From assembly GCA_002269645.1 (NCBI GenBank), contig NIVC01002517.1, forward strand, positions 62,001 to 126,000: a DNA stretch of 64,000 nt, given 5' to 3'. The stretch is from Macrostomum lignano. Its lineage: Eukaryota. Shown piece by piece: positions 51,256 to 63,762 of this stretch. Below the pieces are notes generated by a model. That model did no database searches and had not been told where the DNA came from. It saw nothing but the letters and a program-made list of their open reading frames with translations. Made by a program: the position numbers and the translations under genes. Every line of letters starts with the position of its first letter. Position 1 is the first letter of the stretch.

Positions 51256-53380
51256 TACCACGGTGCAGATAAATGCTGCTACCTCCTCGTGGTCAGAGCG
51301 GAGAGCCGCACTTAACTGCTGCGGCGGCCAAATGCGGCAGGACCTGCTTTGCCAGCGCCTTTAACACCGCGCTGGGCGAGAATCGTGGAAGTGCCGAGTA
51401 TGCGGAAGTGTGCGCTGCAGTCAGAACCGCCTCGGAGCAAGCAGTCCCGATGATGCAACCGGCTCAACGTGGGCAGCCGGTCTGGCAGGACGACCCTGCG
51501 ATTCAGGCAGCGAGGGAAGATCTGGAGAGGCTCCGCTTGAGCAGGCGACCAACCCGCGAGGCAGAGGCAGCTCTGGCGGCTGTCTACCTGCAGCGCCAAC
51601 AAGCGGCTGTCGATGACGCCATTCAGGCTGTCTCTGCCGCTGGGCCCGATGCCAGAGGGCACGTGGCCTGGTCCGCCATCAACTCTCTGACGGGGCGAAA
51701 GCGGCGCAATCCGCTGAACCTGGCTGGTGACACTCCGGACGAGTGCAGGAACGAGCCGCGCGAGTTCTTCGCCGCCATCGTTAACGCGCCGCCACCCCCG
51801 CTGTCAGACAGTCTGACGCTGCCGCCGGAGACGCCGTTGCCGGCAGAGAAGAGTTTCAGCGTAGCCCCAGTCAACGCAGCCGACGTTGTCAAGCTCGCCC
51901 AGCAGTCACCGGGCGGGAAAGCGCTGGGTCCGGACGAGGTGCCCATCGAGGCGCTGCGCATCCCCTGTGTGGCCGCTGAGGTCGCCAGAGTGATGAACCG
52001 CGTGCTCTTCGGTGAGGCGGCGCCCAACGAATGGACCACGGCGCACATCGTCGCTGTTCCAAAGAAGCCGGGCACCACTATGCTTGAAGACCATCGAGGC
52101 ATCTGCCTTCAGTTCTGTGCAGCGAAGCTGTTCAACCGGATGCTGCTTTCGCGGTTGCAGCCTGTGCTGGATCCGTACCTGCGCCCAGAGCAGAACGGGT
52201 TCCGGCCCCATCGCGGCACAGTGGCGCAGATCCTGGCTCTTCGCCGAGTCATCGAGGAGGCGCAGATTCGCCAGTCGCTCCTGATTCTAATCTTTATAGA
52301 TTTCAAGAAGGCTTTCGACTCGGTTGTCAGAGCCGTGCTTCCAATGGTGCTCCGCGCGTACAACGTGCCTGAGCAGCTGATCTCCGCCATCATGGCGATG
52401 TACCGTGATACGAAAGCTGCTGTGACAACACCGGACGGCCTATCGGACTCCTTTGAGACATCCTCCGGAGTACTTCAGGGAGATACGCTGGCGCCGTTCC
52501 TGTTCGTCCTGGTGCTTGACTGGGTGCTGCGGACTGCTCTTCCTACCGACGACGACGGCTTTCTGCTGCGGCGACGCATAGGTTGACGTCAACCGGAGAA
52601 GCGGCTCAGCGTGCTTGGCTACGCCGACGACCTCGCCCTGCTGTCCTCGACCATCGAGGGCGCCCAACGGCAGCTGGACAGGCTAGTTGTCGTTGCGGCG
52701 AGCGTCGGCCTGGTGGTCAACACGCAGAAGACCGTTGTGCTCTGCGTGCCGGACGACACCGAGGCTGCAATATTCTGCCGAGGCGCTGACGGGCAGTCGA
52801 CCGAACTCCCGCGATGTCAGCAGTTCGTCTACCTCGGCGGTCTGGTTCCAGACGCTCGCGAGGACCTGCGACGCCGCCGCGGGCTTGCCTGGGCTCCTTT
52901 TTGTTCTGTGAGGGCAGTCCTGCAGTCCGAGGCCCTACCGGACCGCCAGAGGGCGGCGCTGTTCCAGGCGGTAATCGAGACCGTCCTGCTGTACAACGCC
53001 GAGACCTGGACGCTGACGGACTCACTCGAACAGCAAGTCGATGCGGCGCACGCTGGCCTGCTGCGCGCCGCCTTCAACATCGGCGTCGAGCGGGTCACCA
53101 ACGCGGCACTCTATCGCCGCGCTGGCCTGCCACGTCCAAGTGATCTACTGCGCCGTCGGGGACTCCAGCTAGCAGGCCATCTCATCCGCGCCGAGTCGTA
53201 CTGCCCACAGCCGGTGCAGGAGGTGCTGCTGCTCACGCTGCAGGCACCCTACCGGCGAGGTCAAGCGCGAACTCGGCGTTATGTCCACTGTCTGCTGGCT
53301 GACGCCGGCGCCCCAGACACTGCCGGTGGCGCGGCCTTTGTTCGCGCCCAAGCCATGAAGCGCGCCCTGTGACGCTGACT
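51256..53380 (+). mobile_element. 5'-truncated RTE-clade non-LTR retrotransposon; RT interrupted by one in-frame stop
   Basis: GKALGPDEVP, EQNGFRP.R, FIDFKKAFDSV, GVLQGDTLAPFLF, then TGA at 52584-52586, then in-frame LGYADD, FVYLG, LLYNAETWTLT, LAGHLIR to a stop at 53372. No APE endonuclease. Confidence 0.93.
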
Positions 53381-53984
53381 TTTGCCATCTTGACAGCGTA
53401 TTTTGTTTTTTTTGTTGTTGTTGTTGTAGACAAACAACAACAAAGCGACAAATAACACGTACGTACAATTCGCGTAAGCTATTGCTCTCATTACAACAGC
53501 GTCAATCTATCGATGGATTCTAAATTCTCTGCATAATTCTTCCATTTTTTATACAACCCCGAGGCAGACTCCTGAAAGAAATTTACAGCTGTATGGGCAA
53601 GGACTTCTAGACTAAGTCTAGCTAAGTCTAGAAGTCCTTGTGTATGGGTTGCACATTCACTATATTCCATTAAGGACATGCATGTACATGTACGACTTAA
53701 GTATTTTAAGCGTAGCTACCATAAGGACGACTTAATTACCATATTATCGTATATTATCAATTTAAGTATAGTCATTCATATTTGCATGTGCTTAAGTCGC
53801 CCTCGATTAATCCATGTCACATTTACAGGTTATACTAGCAATCTTCGCCCCCCGATGGGGGACATCTGGATAGAATCTCTGTTCTCTACAATTAACAAAA
53901 AGACAGCCAAAAAATCCTTCACAAAGACAACAGACAAACTGCTCAAATGAAGTGAATTGCAATAAGAAATCTTCCCAAGACCAC

Positions 53985-54555
53985 AAGCATCCCCCAGATA
54001 GCAAGCATCCTCCAGATAGCAAGCATTCTCCCAGATAGCAAGCATTTCCCAGATAGCAAGCATCCCCAAGATAGCAAGCATCCTCCAGATAGCAAGCATC
54101 CCCCAGATAGCAAGCATCCCCCAGATAGCAAGCATCCCCCAGATAGCAAACATCCCCCAGATAGCAAGCATTCCCCAGATAGCAAGCATTCCGCAGATAG
54201 CAAGCATCCCCCAGATAGCAAGCATCCCCAAGATAGCAAGCATCCCTCAGATAGCAAGCATACCCCAAGATAGCAAGCATCCCTCAGATAGCAAGCATAC
54301 CCCAGATAGCAAGCATCCCCCAGATAGCAAGCATCACTCAGATAGCAAGCATCCCTCAGATAGCAAGCATCCACCAAATAGCAAGCATCCCCCAGATAGC
54401 AAACATCCCCCAGATAGCAAGCATCCCCCAGATAGCAAGCATTCCCCAGATAGCAAGCATTCCCCAGATAGCAAGCATCCCCAGAAAGCAAGCATCCTCC
54501 AAATAGCAAGCATCCCCAAGATAGATAGCATCCCCAAATAGCAACCATCCACCAG
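53985..54555. repeat. 18-bp minisatellite inside the Helitron
   Basis: Unit AGATAGCAAGCATCCCCC. Confidence 0.97.
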
Positions 54556-54654
54556 ACAATAAGTAGCTAGAGCGACAATTTCCTTAGCTTTATAGTGGCT
54601 CCTTTAAATTGGCATGGCGCTTTATACCTTTACATTTGAAATTGGATATCTTGA

Positions 54655-57600
54655 ATGTTTGACATGGTGGCTCTTTTATGTTTGACATAGTGGCTCTTCT
54701 ATGTTTGACATGGTGGCTCTTTTATGTTTGACATAGTGGCTCTTTTATGTTCGACATGGTGGCTCTTCTATGTTTGACATGGTGGCTTTTTTAGGTTTGA
54801 CATGGTGGCTGTTTTATGTTTGACATGTTGACTTTTTTATGTTCGACACGGTGGCTTTTTAATGTTCGACATGGTGGCTCTTTTAGGTTTGAACCGGTGG
54901 CTCTTTAATGTTTGACATGGTGGCTCTTTAATGTTCGACATGGTGGCTCTTTTATGTTCGACATGGTGGCTCTTTAATGTTTGACATGGTGGCCCTTTAA
55001 TGGTTAACATGGCGGCTCTTTAATTTTCGAAATGGTGGCTCCTTAATTTTCGAAATGGTGGCTGTTTTATGTTTGACATGGTGGCTCTTTAATGTTCGAC
55101 ATGGTGGCTCTTTAATGTTTGACATGGTGTCTGTTTTATGTTTGATATGGTGGCTCTTTAATGTTCGACATGGTGGCTCTTTAATGTTTGACATGGTAAC
55201 TCTTTTATGTTTGATATGGTGGCTCTTTAATGTTCGACATGGTGGCTCTTTAATGTTCGACATGGTGGCTCTTTAATGTTCGACATGGTGGCTCTTTAAT
55301 TTTTAACATGGTGACTCTTTTATGTTCGACATGGTGGCTCTTTTATGTTTGACATAGTGGCTCTTCTATGTTTGACATGGTGGCTCTTTAATGTTTGACA
55401 TGGTGGCTCTATTATGTTTGACATGGTGGCTCTTCTATGTTTGACATGGTGGCTTTTTTAGGTTTGACATGGTGGCTCTTTTATGTTTGACATGTTGGCT
55501 TTTTAATGTTCGACATGGCGGCTTTTTAATGTTCGACATGGTGGCTCCTTTAGGTTTGAAATGGTGGCTCTTTAATATTTGACAAGGTGGCTCTTTAATG
55601 TTCGACATGGTGGCTCTTTTAGGTTTGAACCGGTGGCTCTTTAATGTTTGACATGGTGTCTGTTTTATGTTTGACATGGTGGCTCTTTAATGTTCGACAT
55701 GGTGGCTCTTTAATGTTCGACATGGTGGCTCTTTAATTTTTAACATGGTGACTCTTTTATGTTCGACATGGTGGCTCCTTAAGGTTTGAAATATTGGCTC
55801 TTTAATGTTTAACATGGTGGCTTTTCTATGTTCGACATGGTGGCTTTTCTATGTTCGACATGGTGGCTCTTGTATGTTCGACATGGTGGCTCTTTTAATG
55901 GTCGACATGGTGGCTCTTTAATGTTCTTCATGTTGGCTCTTTTATGTTTGACATGGTGGCTTTTTTATGTTTGACATGGTGGCTCTTTTATGTTCTACAT
56001 AGCTGCTCTTTTATGTTCGACATTGTGGCTCTTGTATGTTCGACAGGGTCGCTCTTTTAGGTTTGAAATGGTGGCTCTTTAATATTTGACAAGGTGGCCC
56101 TTTAATGTTTAACATGGCGGCTCTTAAATTTTCGAAATGGTGGCTGTTTTATATTTGACATGGTGGCTCTTTAATGTTCGACATGGTGGCTCTTTAATGT
56201 TCTTAATGGTGTCTGTTTTATGTTTGACATGGTTGCTCTTTTATGTTCGACATGGTGGCTCTTTAATTTTTAACATGGTAACTCTTTTATGTTTGATATG
56301 GTGGCTCTTTTATGTTCGACATGGTGGCTCTTGTATGTTCGACATGGTGGCTTCTTTAGGTTTGAAATGGTGGCTCTTTAATATTTGACAAGGTGGCTCT
56401 TTAATGTTCGACATGGTGGCTCTTTTAGGTTTGAAATGGTGGCTCTTTAATATTTGACAAGGTGGCTCTTTAATGTTTGACATGGTGGCTCTTTAATGTT
56501 CGACATGGTGGCTCTTTAATGTTTGACATGGTAACTCTTTTATGTTTGATATGGTGGCTCTTTTATGTTCGACATGGTGGCTCTTTAATGTTTGACATGG
56601 TGGTTCTTTAATGTTTGACATGGTAACTCTTTTATGTTTGATATGGTGGCTCTTTAATGTTCGACATGGTGGCTCTTGTATGTTCGACATGGTGGCTTCT
56701 TTAGGTTTGAAATGGTGGCTCTTTAATATTTGACAAGGTGGCTCTTTAATGTTTGACATGGTGGCTCTTTAATGTTTGACATGGTGGCTCTTTTAGGTTT
56801 GAAATGGTGGCTTTTTAATGTTTGACAATGTGGCTCTTTAATGTTTGACATGGTGGCTTTTTAATGTTCGACATGGTGGCTCTTTTAGGTTTGAACCGGT
56901 GGCTCTTTAATGTTTGACATGGTGGCTCTTTAATGTTTGACATGGTGTCTGTTTTATGTTTGACATGGTGGCTCTTTAATGTTCGACATGGTGGCTCTTT
57001 TAGGTTTGAACCGGTGGCTCTTTAATGTTTGACATGGTGGCTCTTTAATGTTTGAAATGGTGGCTCTTTAATGTTCGACATGGTGGCTCTTTAATTTTTA
57101 ACATGGTGACTCTTTTATGTTCGACATGGTGGCTCCTTTAGGTTTGAAATATTGGCTCTTTAATGTTTAACATGGTGGCTTTTCTATGTTCGACATGGTG
57201 GCTTTTCTATGTTCGACATGGTGGCTCTTGTATGTTCGACATGGTGGCTCTTTTATGTTCGACATGGTGGCTCTTGTATGTTCGACAGGGTCGCTCTTTT
57301 AGGTTTGAAATGGTGGCTCTTTAATATTTGACAAGGTGGCCCTTTAATGTTTAACATAGCGGCTCTTAAATTTTTGAAATGGTGGCTCCTTAATTTTCGA
57401 AATGGTGGCTGTTTTATATTTGACATGGTGGCTCTTTAATGTTCTTAATGGTGTCTGTTTTATGTTTGACATGGTGGCTCTTTAATTTTTAACATGGTGG
57501 CTCTTTTAGGTTTGAAACGGTGGCTCTTTAATGTTTGACATGGTGACTCTTTAATGTTTGACATGGTGGCTTTTCTATGTTCGACATGGTGGCTCTTGTA

Positions 57601-59850
57601 TGTTCGACATGGTGGCTTCTTTAGGTTTGAAATGGTGGCTCTTTAATATTTGACAAGGTGGCTCTTTAATGTTCGACATGGTGGCTCTTTAATGTTTGAC
57701 ATGGTGGCTCTTTTAGGTTTGAAATGGTGGGTCTTTAATGCTTGACAATGTGGCTCTTTAATGTTTGACATGGTGGCTCTTTAATGTTCGACATGGTGGC
57801 TCTTTAATGTTTGACATAGTAACTCTTTTATGTTTAATATGGTGGCTCTTTTATGTTCGACATGGTGGCTCTTTAATGTTTGACATGGTGGCTATTGAAT
57901 GTTTGACATGGTAACTATTTTAGGTTTGAAATGGTGGGTCTTTAATGCTTGACAATGTGGCTCTTTAATGTTTGACATGGTAACTCTTTTATGTTTGATA
58001 TGGTGGCTCTTTTATGTTCGACATGGTGGCTCTTTAATATTTGACAAGGTGGCTCTTTAATGTTTGACATGGTGGCTCTTTAATGTTCGACATGGTGGCT
58101 CTTTAATGTTTGACATGGTAACTCTTTTATGTTTGATATGGTGGCTCTTTTATGTTCGACATGGTGGCTCTTTAATGTTTGACATGGTGGCTCTTTAATG
58201 TTTGACATGGTAACTCTTTTATGTTTGATATGGTGGCTCTTTAATGTTCGACATGGTGGCTCTTGTATGTTCGACATGGTGGCTTCTTTAGGTTTGAAAT
58301 GGTGGCTCTTTAATATTTGACAAGGTGGCTCTTTAATGTTTGACATGGTGGCTCTTTAATGTTTGACATGGTGGCTCTTTTAGGTTTGAAATGGTGGCTT
58401 TTTAATGTTTGACAATGTGGCTCTTTAATGTTTGACATGGTGGCTTTTTAATGTTCGACATGGTGGCTCTTTTAGGTTTGAACCGGTGGCTCTTTAATGT
58501 TTGACATGGTGGCTCTTTAATGTTTGACATGGTGTCTGTTTTATGTTTGACATGGTGGCTCTTTAATGTTCGACATGGTGGCTCTTTTAGGTTTGAACCG
58601 GTGGCTCTTTAATGTTTGACATGGTGGCTCTTTAATGTTTGAAATGGTGGCTCTTTAATGTTCGACATGGTGGCTCTTTAATTTTTAACATGGTGACTCT
58701 TTTATGTTCGACATGGTGGCTCCTTTAGGTTTGAAATATTGGCTCTTTAATGTTTAACATGGTGGCTTTTCTATGTTCGACATGGTGGCTTTTCTATGTT
58801 CGACATGGTGGCTCTTGTATGTTCGACATGGTGGCTCTTTTATGTTCGACATGGTGGCTCTTGTATGTTCGACAGGGTCGCTCTTTTAGGTTTGAAATGG
58901 TGGCTCTTTAATATTTGACAAGGTGGCCCTTTAATGTTTAACATAGCGGCTCTTAAATTTTTGAAATGGTGGCTCCTTAATTTTCGAAATGGTGGCTGTT
59001 TTATATTTGACATGGTGGCTCTTTAATGTTCTTAATGGTGTCTGTTTTATGTTTGACATGGTGGCTCTTTAATTTTTAACATGGTGGCTCTTTTAGGTTT
59101 GAAACGGTGGCTCTTTAATGTTTGACATGGTGACTCTTTAATGTTTGACATGGTGGCTTTTCTATGTTCGACATGGTGGCTCTTGTATGTTCGACATGGT
59201 GGCTTCTTTAGGTTTGAAATGGTGGCTCTTTAATATTTGACAAGGTGGCTCTTTAATGTTTGACATGGTGGCTCTTTAATGTTTGACATGGTGGCTCTTT
59301 TAGGTTTGAAATGGTGGGTCTTTAATGCTTGACAATGTGGCTCTTTAATGTTTGACATGGTGGCTCTTTAATGTTCGACATGGTGGCTCTTTAATGTTTG
59401 ACATGGTAACTCTTTTATGTTTAATATGGTGGCTCTTTTATGTTCGACATGGTGGCTCTTTAATGTTTGACATGGTGGCTATTGAATGTTTGACATGGTA
59501 ACTATTTTAGGTTTGAAATGGTGGGTCTTTAATGCTTGACAATGTGGCTCTTTAATGTTTGACATGGTAACTCTTTTATGTTTGATATGGTGGCTCTTTT
59601 ATGTTCGACATGGTGGCTCTTTAATTTTCGACATGGTGGCTCCTTTAGGTTTGAAATGGTGGCTCTTTAATGTTTGACATGGTGGCTCTTCTATGTTCGA
59701 CATGGTGGCTCTTCTATGTTCGACATGGTGGCTCTTTAATTTTTAACATGGTAACTCTTTTATGTTCGATATGGTGGCTCTTTTATGTTCGACATGGTGG
59801 TTCTTTAATGTTCGACATGGTGGCTCCTTTAGGTTTGACATGGTGGCTCT
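54655..59850. repeat. ~23-bp minisatellite (5.2 kb) with a 1587-bp higher-order duplication
   Basis: Unit ATGTTTGACATGGTGGCTCTTTA; identical variant strings at 56493/58080 and 57721/59308. Confidence 0.98.
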
Positions 59851-60767
59851 TCTATTGCGCTTTTTTTATGTTTAGCAGTTTTTTAGTTTTTAAGGTGTTT
59901 TAATAAAAAAATTATTTTGCGCTTCTAAGACTCGAACCCAGGTCGCTACATTAGCATTCCAGTCTGTTCGCATCAGGGCTATCTCTTTTCAATTGGAGAA
60001 CATGAATTGTGGCCCTTATAATTCAATTCTTACAGCAAGTCAATTGGAGTAAAAAGTTATGACATAATCAATTTCTCAGTCAGCCAGTATCAGTCTCACT
60101 TCGAGTTAGCAATATGGTTACGCAATTTCAATCAAGTCGTGTGTGCATTTCTTCGGCACTGTTTTCAACTTGTTGTGATGCAATCTTTATCAGAATTGAA
60201 ATTCAGTCAGTCAGTTTTTTCTCTAGCATTCTTACAATGCATTTCAAGTCGAAAATTTTGCTTGACCTTTGCAAAAAAGCGTGTTTTTCGAATATTTAAT
60301 CCCTTTAACATTGAGCAATTTCTTAGCCAAGATGCATGTACTGTGCCAGGAAAATTTCTGATCGAATGATGCAAGTTTGAAGAAAATCGGTTGAGCCGTT
60401 TTTTCTGAAATCAATCGCATACCCATATACATACATACATACAGACAACTCATTTTTAGTATATAGGATATGATTAGGCTAGTTGGGTTAAAAATCCGTA
60501 ATGTGTGTAATTGCTGTTGAATAGTTATCCCAATACAGGTAATTAAAAAATTCAAAAGTAAATTAAGACTAGAATGATAACGCAAACCATTTAACGCAGA
60601 CTAAAGCTACATTTTTAAATACATGAAAGTCAAATTTCAAACCTAAAATTTTTCTAGTGGGATAAAGATAAAGTCGTAAGAATAAAATGAACGCTGTATT
60701 TTTATTTTCATGCAAGCAAGATCCAACTCAATATTGTTTAAGATATACTCGTCATCAATTAGATGAA

Positions 60768-61050
60768 TCAATTTTTCCGCGTGCGACTAGCGGTCGCTGA
60801 CCGGTCATGCAAGCCGAACTGCTTCAACTCGTCCAGATCACGATCCAGTTTGCGCTCCATTTCTTCAACCTGCAGTTGCAGCCGACGGAACTCTTCGGAT
60901 CCGGCGAGGCTGTTGGCGCCGCGTCCGTCGTCAAGAGCAGCCGTTGCGGATGCATTCGTCTGTCGCGTGCGCCCAGTCTCGGTACTGACGACATTCGACG
61001 ATCCAGACGTCATTCCGCAATGCTCTTTTGGCAGTAAGTCCCACAGTGCT
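60768..61050 (-). CDS. Candidate coding exon with a short coiled coil; gene unidentified
   Basis: GC-rich island in AT-rich DNA reading GSEEFRRLQLQVEEMERKLDRDLDELKQFGL; splice boundaries unresolved. Confidence 0.4.
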
Positions 61051-61559
61051 TTTGCTAATATATACTCGTAACCATGTAGATGTTGAAATATAGGCAGCGA
61101 TAGTTGTATTTATATATCAACAAGGGATGAGTTTGCTCAGCATTTAGCATCGCTGCTATAGTCAGGGCTGAATCATAATGGTTGAGTAAATACGCTTAGT
61201 TTAACTGCACTGCAGGTGCGCACATCATTTGAATTGACATTTCGTGCTTAAAGCTGCATATGAACAATGAGACTTTAATGTTCTATCTAAATAATCAAAT
61301 ATAGTTATAGAACTAGCTTCAGCTGAAGCATGAGGCTTAGCAGAACAAATCATTTCTTAGCTTGCGCTTCACTATACTGTACTACGAGTACCTCTGAACA
61401 AATTTATGGATTTTAAGCTTTTAACGAGATGCGCCAAAACCAAAACCATGTACCTGCAGGGGCGTTTGACAAGGCGTTGGCCAAAATTATAGACTGCAGC
61501 CCCCCCCCCTAATGGGCTGGCAATATGCATGGTTACCTGGCCTTGCAGTAGCTGGCGCG

Positions 61560-61852
61560 CTTGGTGCTGGCGCCCCTGGTGCTGGCGCCCCTGGTGCTGG
61601 CGCCCCTGGTGCTGGGGCCCCTGGTGCTGGCGCCCCTGGTGCTGGGGCCCCTGGTGCTGGCGCCCCTGGTGCTAAAGCCCCTGGTGCTGGCGCCCCTGGT
61701 GCTGGGCCCCTGGTGCTAAAGCCCCTGGTGCTAAAGCCCCTGGTGCTAAAGCCCCTGGTGCTGGGGCCCCTGGTGCTGGCGCCCATGGTGCTAAAGCCCC
61801 TGGTGCTAAAGCCCCTGGTGCTAAAGCCCCTGGTGCTAAAGCCCCTGGTGCT
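61560..61852. repeat. 15-bp minisatellite, reverse-complement relative of the 44512-45010 array
   Basis: CTGGTGCTAAAGCCC / CTGGTGCTGGCGCCC units. Confidence 0.95.
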
Positions 61853-62499
61853 GTTAAATGTACGCTATAGTAATGGAGCCTTGTGGATACTGATGAGGAC
61901 GCACTTTTTTCCAAATTTCCCGCTTGCACATGGGTTCCAAACTTGCTAGCTTACTAACAGCAGGCTGTGGGCGTTTTTCTCCTTCTTTTGTAATTTTTCT
62001 CGAATTCATACTAGTAGGACTTCTGTAGCTATATTAATCTGCCATACTTGTAGTAATAATAACATAGGCGCGGTTTTTGGCTGCTTTTGGGTCATAAATC
62101 ATTTCGTCTGAGCTGGTCTGACAGCCACCTGCGCCTCACTCAGTGTTGAGACTGGCGCCAGATGGTCTGAGAGGATGCGGGCGGTAGCTTTTTTCTCATC
62201 ATTTTGACAGGCCATCAAGATTTATGAGGTCAGGGCCTATTGTTCGGGTTCACTCAAGCGTTTGACAGCTTTGACAGCTATGCGTTTTACCCCTAAAAGT
62301 ACGTTGGGATTAGCGATTAGCGATTTCTCTTCATTACCTTCACTTTCTACTTAAATAAGAGCTTTCTAATGTATATTTTTTCATTAATTTCTGTCAATCC
62401 TACGCGAAAGGTCATAAATCATTTTGTTGCGATTTTGATTGATTTATGGCCGAACATGTCATATTTTTACGACCCCGAGGGAACTGATAGGATGTCCCG

Positions 62500-62719
62500 G
62501 TCACGTGACTTTGGGTGGCAACAAGCTCAGCCAATCAGAAAATTAGACGCTCATTTTAACAAATCGGCTCAGCCAATCAGAATCGACGTGTTCCATTATA
62601 ACAAACTGCGGTTACAGCTGCGAAGAACTAAGCCGATTCGGTCACTGTGGATTACCTGGTCTCCGGCTGTTGAGTTTCTGATTGGTTGGGTGAGAGGCTA
62701 CTTAGACTTGCTTGATTGG
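62500..62719. promoter_or_regulatory. Promoter-like cluster: palindromic E-box plus four CCAAT boxes
   Basis: GTCACGTGAC (62500-62509); CAGCCAATCAG twice (CCAAT at 62531 and 62573); ATTGG at 62681 and 62715. Confidence 0.5.
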
Positions 62720-63549
62720 GTGATCCCTTATCTGTCCCCTGTTTCAGTAGCTGGATTAGGCGCACACTTTTGCTCATTTTGTTCAGTAGTGCTGTTACTG
62801 AGGCAGAAATCATTCAATAATACTGCTAGTAGTCTGAAGCTCCAATTTAATCTGAGGTGTGAAGTGATTCAAGGAGAAGGTTAAATCTGACAGTTATTTT
62901 TATCGGTTTTATTTCTTTGTTCGCCGATGGCTCAGATGAGTGGCTAAGCTAGTAGGCGCCGGTCATAGTGGACCAATGGCAAGGCAGTTCTCAATCTATC
63001 AGGTCAGTGAGCGAAATTGCCAATAGTGCAATATAGGCGCTAGAGATGTACTCTGTGCACTCTGGATTCGCCAAGCGGCTCGGGTAATGAATCATGCGGT
63101 CTCTGATGTTCGAGTTAGCCTATCATCAGCGCTACGAGAGGCTAGTTGGCGCGTTGAAGGCCAAAAGTACAATTTCTCGTATTTAGCAATGTAATAGTAC
63201 ATGTAACTACCCCATAGTCTCGCCACTGCAAGAATCCCCTGCACAATTCCCCTCTGTACCTGCATGGCCAATGCGATCTAGTCCCAGCAGTGTCCCTTAA
63301 CATCAGCTATGACTTCGAGATTGACAGCAAAAAGACACTGCACTAGTTGGCAGGTAAGTGCTAAGCCCCTTCTAGTCGGAAGCCCGATTTCGAGAGTCCC
63401 GGTTTGGTGAGCCAGGACGCATGGGCTGGTGGCAGCGGGTTAGTTAATCTGCGAATTAGCTGATCTCTACTTTCAAAATTCTCCCTGCTTGTCTCTCGCT
63501 GTCCCTCTCTTAGCTATAGGACCTAGACTGCTCGCCACACGATCAAGCT

Positions 63550-63762
63550 ACCATGGGGCTGACCATCTGACAGGAGTGGGGGGCCAGGACTCTAATTGAT
63601 TTATTTCTGAGACCTGAGGCCCGAAGGCTTCCCGAAAGGGGACGAAAGGTCGAAACCCATCAATACTATGGATACCCCCACCCCATGCTCCTGGGCTGTG
63701 TGCCTGGATTCTGTGGAAGAGGTCAGACGTCAGCGCCGTTCCTGGTACATGTAAATGTAAAT
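63550..63762 (+). other. SINE-like fragment with a strongly structured core and a (TGTAAA) tail
   Basis: Nested stems at 63595-63664; ends TACATGTAAATGTAAAT. Confidence 0.35.

Larger units (their letters stand above)
53835..60468 (-). mobile_element. Non-autonomous Helitron (~6.6 kb), mostly minisatellite
   Basis: The minus strand starts A^TCCTATATACTAAAAATGAGTTGTCTGTATGTATGTATG...CAACCGATTTT (typical non-autonomous Helitron 5' end) and ends GTCCCCCATCGGGGGGCGAAGATTGCTAG^T (hairpin, CTAG, A^T target). Pairing the two ends into one element is inference. Confidence 0.75.

Noticed and set aside
60768-61050. This exon as the missing first exon of NHERF
   Set aside because: The NHERF acceptor at 49386 needs a phase-1 donor; the best donor here (CG/GTCAGC) is phase 2.
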